A stretch of DNA of 64,000 nt from Candidatus Bathyarchaeota archaeon (GTDB lineage Archaea > Thermoproteota > Bathyarchaeia > TCS64), in NCBI GenBank assembly GCA_963771885.1, contig CAVYVF010000002.1, positions 256,001-320,000 of the forward strand, read 5' to 3'. The position numbers and the translations under genes are program-made. Of the stretch, positions 18,924 to 27,938 are shown piece after piece. Each line of letters starts with the position of its first letter. Position 1 is the first letter of the stretch. The notes below the pieces were generated by a model that was not told where the DNA came from, ran no database searches, and saw only the letters and a program-made list of their open reading frames with translations.

Positions 18924-19901
18924 TTACTCTGTGTAGACGCCGCCTATTGGGGCTCTGCTGGCTCTCCAGTCGGCGCCTGCTGAGTCCTTCTTCACCCTGA
19001 TGTACATGGAGACTTTGGTGGCGAGGGCGTCGGCACCGGCGACGACGACCGCCTCTGGGGTTCTCGGGTAGAACTCGACCTCCTGCTTGTCTCTCTCCTG
19101 GTGGCTCAGGATGGCGTTGAGGAGTTTGACTCTAGTCGCGTCGGGGAAGCCGGGTATCGCGTCGATCTTCCTAGACACCGTCTCGGCGGAGAGGTAAGCG
19201 TGTCCTAGCATGAAGCCCTCCCTGCTCTCAGACATCCCTAGGGGGTCCACGTTCTCACGCAGCACACCCACGTCGTGCAGGAAGGCAGCGGCGTACAAGA
19301 GGTTTCTGTCTAGTGAGGGGTGTATCCTGCAGGCCTGCTCGCAGTACTGGAGCACTTCCCACGTGTGTTCGAGGAGGCCGCCCGCGCATGAGTGGTGGAA
19401 CATGCGTGCTCCGTAGTAGAGTTTGAACCTCTTTGCGAAGGCTGCGTCTCCTGTGAATGAGTCGACGAGTGCCTTGAGATGAGTGTTCGAGATTGTGGAG
19501 AGGAGTGCTGTGGCATATCCCCACATCTGATCCACGTCCTGGTTCGTCTTGGTGACGAAGTTGGAGATGTCGTATTCACCCTCGGCGGCGGGACGAATCG
19601 AACCTCCGTCCCTGCTGCTCACGACTAACTGAGGGAAGCCGAGATGCGTGTTCTTGACGCCGACGATGTGGACGATCGAGCCAAGCCCTATCGTCTCGTC
19701 AAGTAGCTTGCAGTCTATCGTCGAGCCGCTGAAGGCTACGAACTTTATCTCTCCAGAGTTGTCACCGAGGTCTCCGGCGAATATCTCGCCCTTACCGGTG
19801 GCGATGACCCTGCGGGACTTGGTCCTGCACTGTAGGAACGCCTCGACGGGTGTGCCGTCGGGTAATGCTTTGATCTCTGCGCAGTTCAATGCTTTCAACA
19901 A
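18924..19901 (-). CDS. OB-fold + HD domain nuclease (YhaM/Cbf1-like)
   Basis: N-terminal OB (GDNSGEI); HHSCAGGLLEHT, LHDVG, GHAYL, ILSH, PRTPEA. Confidence 0.8.
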   Translation of the reverse strand: MLKALNCAEIKALPDGTPVEAFLQCRTKSRRVIATGKGEIFAGDLGDNSGEIKFVAFSGSTIDCKLLDETIGLGSIVHIVGVKNTHLGFPQLVVSSRDGGSIRPAAEGEYDISNFVTKTNQDVDQMWGYATALLSTISNTHLKALVDSFTGDAAFAKRFKLYYGARMFHHSCAGGLLEHTWEVLQYCEQACRIHPSLDRNLLYAAAFLHDVGVLRENVDPLGMSESREGFMLGHAYLSAETVSRKIDAIPGFPDATRVKLLNAILSHQERDKQEVEFYPRTPEAVVVAGADALATKVSMYIRVKKDSAGADWRASRAPIGGVYTE

Positions 19902-19944
19902 AACCTATTGCCCCTCGTATTTAGAAGATTGCCCCGGCGGATGG

Positions 19945-21165
19945 TCAGTGGGCCCTTTGCTTCGGCGCTATACCGTAGGTCTCCTTCATCGTGGCGGCGA
20001 GGATTATGACCGTGACGAGGCCGAGGACTATGCAGATGAGGTTGGGAAAGAGGTAACTCCCTGTCACGTCGACGAGGCTACCGTATATGGGGGTTGCGAG
20101 GCTCGACAGAATTGTGCTGAGGCCGTTCATCATGCCCAGTCCGATGCCGGCCCTCTCGGTCGGGAGTACCTCGCTAACTATACTGAAGAAGAGCATCCAG
20201 ACGCTGCCGGCGATGCCCATCAGGAACCAGACTGCGGCATAAATTGGGAGGCCGAGCCCCGCCGGGAGGTAGACGAGGACGACAAGCAGGAGCAGGTTCA
20301 GCCCGAGGAAAAGTATCACGGGGAACTTTCTCTTCTTTAGCCTGTCGCTCACGACTCCGATGAGCAGGCAGCCGATGAAGCCAGCGACTGTGCCTATACT
20401 GCTTACAATGCCCGCCTCTACGTAGGGGAGTGCCTTGTCCTCGACGAGGTACTGGGTTATCCAGGAGTAGAGGACGAACGTGAATCCCATCATCATGAAT
20501 CCTATGAGTGGTGGGTAGAACTCCCGCGTATGCAGCACGTCCTTGATAGAGCCTACTACGTCTATCTTCGTCTTCTGGGGTGCCACTGCCTCGGTCGGAC
20601 CATCTTTTATGACGAAAAAGTTCATCCCCCAGTTGATGACGAGAACGCCGAGCATCACTAGGTAGAGTGTTCTCCAGTCGCCCCAGAGGGTGACCGCAAG
20701 CGGGAGCCCCATGTAGCTTGCGAAGGCCCCGACTCCACTGCTCGCGCTGAGGACGCCTATGGCGGTAGCCCTCTTGTTCAGAGGAAACCACCGGCTGATC
20801 AGCGTAACCGCATTTATGTAGAAAACGCTCGTGCCGACGCCCATTATGAACTGGGCTGCGAAGAGCAACTCGTAGCGGTAGCTCATCCAGAAGAGTACGC
20901 TGCCGACGCATGTGAGGGCGGTGAACCAGACGATGGAGCGGCGGGGACCCAATGTGCTGGCGAGGAAGCCAGCAGGGAACTGCATTACGCCGTATATGAG
21001 GAAGTATCCTGTGATCAGGAAGCCCATGGCGCCGCGTGTGATGGCGAGCTCCTCGATGAGCACCGGTGTCAGGGCCGAGGCAGCGCTCCTCAGGAAGTTC
21101 TCGACGAGGTATGTGACGCTGATTGTGGCGAGAATCGCTAGGCCGATCTGTCTCTCTTTCTCCAA
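19945..21165 (-). CDS. MFS transporter
   Basis: About 12 hydrophobic segments; QFPAGFLASTLGPRR, SDRLKKRK. Confidence 0.9.
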   Translation of the reverse strand: MEKERQIGLAILATISVTYLVENFLRSAASALTPVLIEELAITRGAMGFLITGYFLIYGVMQFPAGFLASTLGPRRSIVWFTALTCVGSVLFWMSYRYELLFAAQFIMGVGTSVFYINAVTLISRWFPLNKRATAIGVLSASSGVGAFASYMGLPLAVTLWGDWRTLYLVMLGVLVINWGMNFFVIKDGPTEAVAPQKTKIDVVGSIKDVLHTREFYPPLIGFMMMGFTFVLYSWITQYLVEDKALPYVEAGIVSSIGTVAGFIGCLLIGVVSDRLKKRKFPVILFLGLNLLLLVVLVYLPAGLGLPIYAAVWFLMGIAGSVWMLFFSIVSEVLPTERAGIGLGMMNGLSTILSSLATPIYGSLVDVTGSYLFPNLICIVLGLVTVIILAATMKETYGIAPKQRAH

Positions 21166-21260
21166 GCGGCTTACACTCTGACGGTGTTACTCGCATCTAG
21201 GATAAAAACTGAGTATGTCGTGTGCTTGTGCTTATTACTGCAGTTGAACCTTACTTTAGT

Positions 21261-22158
21261 ATGGTTGTGATAGAGCGCGTCTGTGTCTTCGGGGCGGGTA
21301 CCCTCGGCTGGCAGATAGCCCTTCAGTGTGCGAGCTATGCACACCCCGTGAACCTGTACGACATTTCACCCGAGGCTCTCAAAATCGCCGAGTCGAACAT
21401 CTCGAAAGAGGTTGAATCATGGGTTACGGCTGGTAATGCATCAGTCGAAACAAAGGATAACCCACTTCAGTGGGTGAGGTTCGAGCCGGACGTGAATAGG
21501 GCTGTAAAGGGGGTTGACTTGGTTATCGAGGCTGTCCCTGAGAAGTTGGAGCTGAAGAGAAGGGTCTTCAAAGAACTCGACGCCGCGTGCGACTCACACA
21601 CGATCATATCCACAAACAGTTCGTCGATCCGAGTCTCCCTCATTGAGGATGCGACACAGAGGATGGATCAGGTCCTTAACACCCACTTCTACTCAAATCC
21701 GTGGAGGAGCCATATCGTCGAGCTGATGAGGGGAAGCCAGACATCCGACGAGTACGATGACCCGCGTCGGGGTCTTCATGAGGTCAATAGATATGCTGCC
21801 TCTTGTGGTGAGGAAGGAGAGCACAGGCTTCATCTTCAACAGGGTGTGGCGCGCCGTGAAGAGAGAGTGTCTCCACCTCGTCGACGACGGCGTGGCGTCC
21901 TACGAGGACGTCGACAGGGCATGGATGAGCTACTACGGCACAAATATGGGTCCATTCGGGTTGATGGATAAGGTTGGGCTCGACGTCGTCAGGGATATCG
22001 AGAACGTATACTACGGCGAATCCGGCGACCCTCGGGACGCGCCGCCGATGCTGCTCCTCAACAAGATAGAGAAGGGCGAGCTCGGGGTCAAAACGGGGAA
22101 GGGATTCTACTCGTACCCGAACCCAGCGTTCCTCGACCCAAACTTCATAGAGCCATAA
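21261..22158 (+). CDS. 3-hydroxyacyl-CoA dehydrogenase family (frameshift near 21753)
   Basis: GAGTLG, IEAVPE, STNSSS, GFIFNR, GPFGLMDKVGLD, GVKTGKGFY. Confidence 0.85.
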
Positions 22159-23124
22159 CTAAGTGGGGCTCATCCCACGTGTTTTTTTGCGGGACCTCAG
22201 TATGTCGACCATGAGCCCGTCTCGCCACTCCTCGAGCTCGTCGTAGCTGAGGTTTTTTACCGATGGCAACTCGTGCACTCCCTCTATCGCCTTCTGCACT
22301 GCAGATTCGGGGGTCTCCGTCCACTTCGCCATCGTCTCCAGCCACTTAGCCTTCGAGACGTCGATGTGCTTCAACAGGTACTCGATGCCGCCCCTGCCGC
22401 CTCCGAGGTGGTACGTGAGGTAGGGTCCCATTATGGCCCACCTGAGACCGGGGCCGTTCACGATCGCCTTGTCCACGTCTTCGACGGAGGCGACCCCCAT
22501 GTCCACGAGGTTGAGGGCTTCGCGCCAGAGTGCTGCTGACAGCCTGTTTGCTATGAAGCCGGGGACCTCCTTCTTCAGAACGACGGGGACTTTCCCTATG
22601 TCCTCCATGAGTCTGAATGTCGTCTTGACGGTCTCAGGGGATGTAAGGTTGCCCGGTGAGAGCTCCACAAGTGGGACCAGGTAGGATGGGTTCCACGGGT
22701 GTGAGACAATGCAGCGTTCAGGATGCCTACTAGCGGCCTTCTGTATCTCAGACATCATGAGGCCGGAGGAGCTGCTAGACAGTATGACGCGTCGATCTGC
22801 GGCCTTGTCCATCTTGTCGTAGACATCCTTCTTCACGGGGTAGCTTTCGAAGACCGACTCTTGGACGAAGTCGGCGCCACTCACCGCCTCTGTCATGTTC
22901 GTCGTCGCGCTCAGTCGCTTGGTTGCCTTCTCGGCGCCTTTCGCGAGCCCAGCTTCCTCGAGGAAGCGCATCTTGACCTCAACCCTTTCCAAGGCATCCC
23001 CGAGAACCTTCTCGTTCACGTCGACGAGTGTGACATTATAGTCCGCGAGGGCGAATAGGCTGGCCCAACCCTGGCCTACGAGGCCGCTCCCGACGCAGGT
23101 AACCCTCTTTATTCCTTCGATCAA
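22159..23124 (-). CDS. 3-hydroxyacyl-CoA dehydrogenase family, carnitine/gulonate dehydrogenase-like
   Basis: GSGLVG, QESVFE, SSSSSG, HPWNP, PGFIANRL, GPGLRWAIMGP..HLGGG. Confidence 0.85.
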   Translation of the reverse strand: MIEGIKRVTCVGSGLVGQGWASLFALADYNVTLVDVNEKVLGDALERVEVKMRFLEEAGLAKGAEKATKRLSATTNMTEAVSGADFVQESVFESYPVKKDVYDKMDKAADRRVILSSSSSGLMMSEIQKAASRHPERCIVSHPWNPSYLVPLVELSPGNLTSPETVKTTFRLMEDIGKVPVVLKKEVPGFIANRLSAALWREALNLVDMGVASVEDVDKAIVNGPGLRWAIMGPYLTYHLGGGRGGIEYLLKHIDVSKAKWLETMAKWTETPESAVQKAIEGVHELPSVKNLSYDELEEWRDGLMVDILRSRKKTRGMSPT

Positions 23125-23138
23125 CTGTGATAACTCTC

Positions 23139-23999
23139 CTACGGCTTCTTTAGGCCGAGGAGCTTCCTAGCCTCGGTGGGGTCGGCGATTGGTCTCTCGA
23201 GTTCCTTGGCTATATTTGCCATCTTTTTGACGAGGTCAGCGTTGCTCTTGGCGAGTTCCCCCTTTCGGATGAAGACGTTGTCCTCGAATCCGACCCGTAC
23301 GTGGCCTCCCTGTATCATTGCGGCTGTGCACATGGGTATCTCGTTCCTGCCGAGGGCGCAGACGCTCCACGTCCAAGTTGAGGGTATCTGGTCGAGGCTG
23401 TAGATGAGGCTCTTCATCGTCGGCAGGAAGCCCGTCCTCCCAACCATGACGAGTTGGATGTGCAGGGGCTCGGGGACGATCTTCTTCTCGGCGATCTTCA
23501 CGCAGGTGTTGATCATGCCAGTGTCATAGACCTCGTGCTCGGGCTTGACCCCCGCCTCATGCATATAGCCGCACCACCTCTCGATCATAGGTACGGTGTT
23601 TAGGAAGACATCCCCTGTGGGGTGGTCTGCCCACCTGTTGATGGTTCCCATGTTGAGGCTCATCATCTCCTCCCCGAGGAGGCACTTCTCCCTCACGAGG
23701 CGGTCCCAGACCTCCACCGGGTTCCCTACCCTGCCTCCGCCGGTGGTGACGTTTATGACGACGTCGATCCTGTCGCGGATGGCTTCGATGTACTTCTTTA
23801 GAACTGGGTTGGGGTCTCCCGAGTACGCTTCCCCGGTCTCGGGGTCTTTTGCATGCAGGTGCACTATGGATGCCCCCGCCTCGACGCTCTTCACTACTTC
23901 TTCCACCATCTCGTCGACAGTCTTGGGAACGTAGGGCGTATCCTTCCTTGAGACATACTCGCCGCCCGATACGGCTGCCGTGATGATCAGTTTCTCCAA
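23139..23999 (-). CDS. Beta-keto acid cleavage enzyme (BKACE/DUF849, Kce-like)
   Basis: KLIITAA, AGASIVHLH, TTGG, KPEHEVYD, GGHVRVGFEDN. Confidence 0.92.
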   Translation of the reverse strand: MEKLIITAAVSGGEYVSRKDTPYVPKTVDEMVEEVVKSVEAGASIVHLHAKDPETGEAYSGDPNPVLKKYIEAIRDRIDVVINVTTGGGRVGNPVEVWDRLVREKCLLGEEMMSLNMGTINRWADHPTGDVFLNTVPMIERWCGYMHEAGVKPEHEVYDTGMINTCVKIAEKKIVPEPLHIQLVMVGRTGFLPTMKSLIYSLDQIPSTWTWSVCALGRNEIPMCTAAMIQGGHVRVGFEDNVFIRKGELAKSNADLVKKMANIAKELERPIADPTEARKLLGLKKP

Positions 24000-24083
24000 G
24001 CAAACACCTAGCTAAGAGAACAGGTCAATCTTGTAATAGAATTTTTCAGTCAATCGAGCGTAGAACAAGAAAAAAGATGTAAT

Positions 24084-25313
24084 CTAGGAAGATGCCTTCT
24101 TCGCCTTCGTTAGAACCTCGTAGGCGGTGAGGCACATCGCCTTGGAGCAGGTGACCATCTCGTCGATCCTGACGTGCTTCTCGACCTCGTCGGGGTAGCC
24201 ACGTGGGCCGTATAGGCAGCACTCTATACCTGCCTTGGCGAGGTGGGCGGTGTCGTTGCCGCAGTAGCTTCTCGGCGGGACGGCTCCGATCTTCTCTGGG
24301 TACTTGCCGGTGACTTTCATGTGGTTCTCCTTTAGGAGCCTGACGACCTCGCTGCTTGTGCTCACGCCCATGGGGGGCATGACCATTCCCCCGACGCGCC
24401 ACTTGGGGTCGATAGGGTACTCGAACTCGTATTTGAACTCGGGGTCATCCTTCTTTATATCCTCGAGCATCGCCACCATGCGCGCGTTGATCTCCTCGAT
24501 CTCGTAGCCCGGCGGGTAGCGGAAGTCGACGATGATTGTGCAGAAGTCGGGGATGTTGTAGGGGCCGGCGAGGTCGTACTCACGGTTTCTGCCGCCGATG
24601 ATGCTTCCTGCCACCCATCTGGGTGCGCCGGGTAGGTCGGGGTCTCTTGCCTCGAACTTCATCTTGTCGAGCCTGTCGAGGACCTTCCGCATCTTCGTGA
24701 TGGCGTTAATGCTCTCCTCCATGCGGCTGATGTGCTCGCTGCGCCCGAGGGTGTGTACCGCGAAGTCGTGTACGCCGACGCACTTTGTGAGTATGTTGTC
24801 GACGCTGTAAGGCTCGGGGACTATTGCCATGTCGGTCCAAATACCCCGCTTTAAGGCGTGGACTGTGCCGACGCCTCCTTGGAGTTCTCCGACGACGCAC
24901 TCGACGACTAGGTCGCCGTGGAGCTTCGCTTTGCTCCTTTTGATGGCGAGTGCTGCGCACATCATTGCGGCGTCGCCGCTCTTCATGTTGTGTATGCCTG
25001 CGCCCCAGAGCCTGTTTCCCTCGACCTTGGGAACGTACGGGTCCCACTCCCACGATGCTGTGATTGGGTCGATGTCGAGGTGGCCGTTGAACATCATGCT
25101 CTTCCCGATGCCGTCCCCCTTGAGGCGGGCAACGACCTGGTTGCGCCCCGGCTCGACCTCCTGCAAAGTGACCTCGTCAAAGCCCTGGTCCTCGAACCAA
25201 TCCTTTGCGAACTTGACAGCCGGGCCTTCCTGCCGGGTGAGGCTAGGCTGGCGGATGAGGTCGCAGCCGAGCTCCACTATCTCCTCCTTCTTGAGGTAAT
25301 CGAGAACATTCAT
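24084..25313 (-). CDS. M20/ArgE-family metallohydrolase with atypical active-site motifs
   Basis: FNGHLD, HNMKSG, VVGELQGG, PEP, GRSEH..INAI. Confidence 0.8.
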   Translation of the reverse strand: MNVLDYLKKEEIVELGCDLIRQPSLTRQEGPAVKFAKDWFEDQGFDEVTLQEVEPGRNQVVARLKGDGIGKSMMFNGHLDIDPITASWEWDPYVPKVEGNRLWGAGIHNMKSGDAAMMCAALAIKRSKAKLHGDLVVECVVGELQGGVGTVHALKRGIWTDMAIVPEPYSVDNILTKCVGVHDFAVHTLGRSEHISRMEESINAITKMRKVLDRLDKMKFEARDPDLPGAPRWVAGSIIGGRNREYDLAGPYNIPDFCTIIVDFRYPPGYEIEEINARMVAMLEDIKKDDPEFKYEFEYPIDPKWRVGGMVMPPMGVSTSSEVVRLLKENHMKVTGKYPEKIGAVPPRSYCGNDTAHLAKAGIECCLYGPRGYPDEVEKHVRIDEMVTCSKAMCLTAYEVLTKAKKASS

Positions 25314-25353
25314 CTTTTATCGGTGTATGGGCACCGCCACGCCCTTTTAGCCT

Positions 25354-25926
25354 TTAGGAGCTCGAGGCGATGAGCGGCTCGAAAAAGTCTTTCCACCTCT
25401 CCTCCCTAATTACCCGCTCTAGCGTCTCGCTGTAGATGCTGATCATGATTTGCTCCCTGTCACCGGTGTATTCATCATCCTTATGGAGCTCCGCCACCGC
25501 GGAGACGCGTGACGCGACGGCTTCCGCAAGCTCCTCAAGCTCCCCAGTGGTGAATGTGAAGCCTTTATGCGTGAGGTGGAAGACACTTAGCATCCCCCTG
25601 AGCCGTTCGAGGTGGGCATGGATGAAGTATCTTCGTTGGTCAGGAGGTGTTGAGTCCCAGTCCTCGACGAAGAGGAGCGCCGTCGGCTCGTAATACTTCT
25701 TCTTCGCGCCCCTCGCCCCTGCCTCGACGCGTTGTATCTTGATGAGCCCAACCTTGAGCAGTATCTGGAGGTGGTGGCTCACCGAAGGTTCCGTGAGGCT
25801 GGTCGCTACAGCGAGCTCCGTTTGTGTCACCGGCTTTTTTGAGATATATCTGATGAGCTGCCGCCTAGCGAGGTCGGCGAGTAGCCTGATGGTGTCGGGG
25901 TCGCATATCACCCTCACCGCTTGCAT
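25354..25926 (-). CDS. ArsR-family transcriptional regulator
   Basis: LADLARRQL..TQTELA..SVSHHLQIL..KKYY. Confidence 0.8.
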   Translation of the reverse strand: MQAVRVICDPDTIRLLADLARRQLIRYISKKPVTQTELAVATSLTEPSVSHHLQILLKVGLIKIQRVEAGARGAKKKYYEPTALLFVEDWDSTPPDQRRYFIHAHLERLRGMLSVFHLTHKGFTFTTGELEELAEAVASRVSAVAELHKDDEYTGDREQIMISIYSETLERVIREERWKDFFEPLIASSS

Positions 25927-26002
25927 GGTGAATCGCCTATAAGTGGCTGGGTAAAGCATATAAAATGGTTAGACGCGTCTAACCTATCTGGGTGGTGGAT
26001 GT

Positions 26003-27217
26003 TTGGAGTCCGTCGTATCACTCATGGTCGCCCTCGCGGGCATGTTCTTTGCCTCATACATCCTCCACTTCCCCCTCGACCGATACAGGATGCCGACGCT
26101 CCTCGCCCCTCTCCTCGTGGGCTTCCTATTCCAGTTACTGCCGAACTCGGGTGTCTGGACGGGGCTTCCCGACACCGAGAGCTTCGCGGTCCTGTCGACG
26201 CTCGGTATCATGTTCCTCCTTCTCACCATTGGTGTTCAACTGGAGCCCAAGGCGATCATGAGCCTCGGGAGGCCGATACTCCTGATAAGCGCCTTGAATA
26301 TGGGCTTCTCCACGCTCCTAGGCTACATTGTTCTGACGTTGTTCGGCTACCCTCCCCTTGTCTCCCTTGTGGTTTCAACTGCCCTCGCGACTGTGGCGGA
26401 GACGACGATCGCGCCCATCTTAGACGAGCTCGGCGTTATCAAGTCCCGTGAGGCGAGCCTGATACTCTGTCCCGGCATAATCGACGATATCGCAGAGGTA
26501 ATACTCGCGTCGCTAGCATCTGTGATGGTGGGTGCGAGTGCAGCCGCCATTGACCCACTCTACATGGTTCTTGGGTTCGCACTTTTCGTCATCGTGGCTC
26601 TGCTACTAAACCAGTTGATCCTCCCACGGCTCGCCAAGTTCGAAGGTGCACCGAACGACAACCACCTGCTGCTGCTCCTCCTCTCATCGATCCTCACCCT
26701 CGTCGCTATCACGCAGAGCTTTGGCCTTGGCGTCCTCCTCGGCTCTATAGTGGCCGGGCTGAGCTTCCAGCGATTCCTGAAAAAACTGGATGCCGACAAG
26801 AGGGTGCTTATGATCCTTCGCGCCTTCAGCTACGGTTTCCTTGGCCCCATCTTCTTCTTCGGTGTTGGTCTTGATACGGGGCTCGGTAGCATGGCGTCGA
26901 GCCTACCACTGACCTTGCTCCTGCTCGTGGCCAACTTCATCGGTAAGTTCCTCTCCGCTTATGCTGTCGGAAGACTCATGGGGATGAACATGAAGAGCAT
27001 CCTTGTTGTCGGTCTAGGACTGAGCGCCAAGTTCAGCATGGGAATAATCCCCGTCCAGATCTTCTTCTCGGCGGGGATCATCGATGAGTTCGTCTTCAGC
27101 AGCTTCATAGCTGTTTCAACTATAACGACAATCATAATCCCCTTCAGCCTCGCCTACATAATCAACAGATGGAGAGGCGAGATATTTGCACACCAAGAAG
27201 GCTGCTTCGTGACTTAG
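26003..27217 (+). CDS. Cation:proton antiporter (CPA2/NapA-like)
   Basis: Polytopic; LGIMFLLL, GIIDD, FLGPIFFFGVG, GKFL. Confidence 0.85.
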   Translation: MESVVSLMVALAGMFFASYILHFPLDRYRMPTLLAPLLVGFLFQLLPNSGVWTGLPDTESFAVLSTLGIMFLLLTIGVQLEPKAIMSLGRPILLISALNMGFSTLLGYIVLTLFGYPPLVSLVVSTALATVAETTIAPILDELGVIKSREASLILCPGIIDDIAEVILASLASVMVGASAAAIDPLYMVLGFALFVIVALLLNQLILPRLAKFEGAPNDNHLLLLLLSSILTLVAITQSFGLGVLLGSIVAGLSFQRFLKKLDADKRVLMILRAFSYGFLGPIFFFGVGLDTGLGSMASSLPLTLLLLVANFIGKFLSAYAVGRLMGMNMKSILVVGLGLSAKFSMGIIPVQIFFSAGIIDEFVFSSFIAVSTITTIIIPFSLAYIINRWRGEIFAHQEGCFVT

Positions 27218-27307
27218 GCTTCGCGGCTAACCATTCGCGCGCACTGATCTAGTCGCCAAATTGAAGGTTGAGGTATGGACGGAGACAGAGGCGCGCGTGC
27301 TTAAGGT

Positions 27308-27892
27308 TCACCGCATCACCCCACCATACGCCTTGGCGAGGAACTCCTTTGGATCGTACTGCATAGAGAAGTCGAACTTACCAGACGCCGTCGTGAACTC
27401 GATGTAGTAGGTCTCGACGCCGCTCTCGTCGTCAGTCACTTCGTTGACCCTGACGTTGCTTATAGAGACGTTATCTACCGCCCAGTTGCCCTGCGTCTCT
27501 GCGAGGGCATATTCGGGTGTCTTATCCTCGTACCAGTCGGTATAGGTGTTGAATCCCTGCATCTGTGCCTTCCACTTGCCGAAGAAGCCCTTGCCCTCAG
27601 CCTCCGCGTTGGCGCGGCGCTTTTTGATGGTCTCGTTCATTATCTGCTGAGTCAGCTTGGCGAAGATGCTACGCCTATCGGTGACGATGAGGTTATAGGT
27701 ATCCGTCCTCCCGAGGGACTTGGACTTCATCAGGTTTGGAATTATCACCTTGATTGTTTCTTGGGCTGGCTGCGGCGCGTAGGCGGCTGGGCGCTGCTGC
27801 GGTGACGCGACTAGTTCGAGCCTCTGCCCACAGTTGGGACAGAACTTGTTCTCTGGCTTCACGGGTGTACCGCACTCTGGGCAGAATGGCAT
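27308..27892 (-). CDS. Zinc-ribbon domain protein
   Basis: MPFCPECG..FCPNCG, Pro/Gln linker, then beta-rich domain (LIVTDRRSIF). Confidence 0.8.
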   Translation of the reverse strand: MPFCPECGTPVKPENKFCPNCGQRLELVASPQQRPAAYAPQPAQETIKVIIPNLMKSKSLGRTDTYNLIVTDRRSIFAKLTQQIMNETIKKRRANAEAEGKGFFGKWKAQMQGFNTYTDWYEDKTPEYALAETQGNWAVDNVSISNVRVNEVTDDESGVETYYIEFTTASGKFDFSMQYDPKEFLAKAYGGVMR

Positions 27893-27938
27893 ACATTCAC
27901 TCAGCCGCGGCGGTTTAATAAACTCATTTTCCAATACC

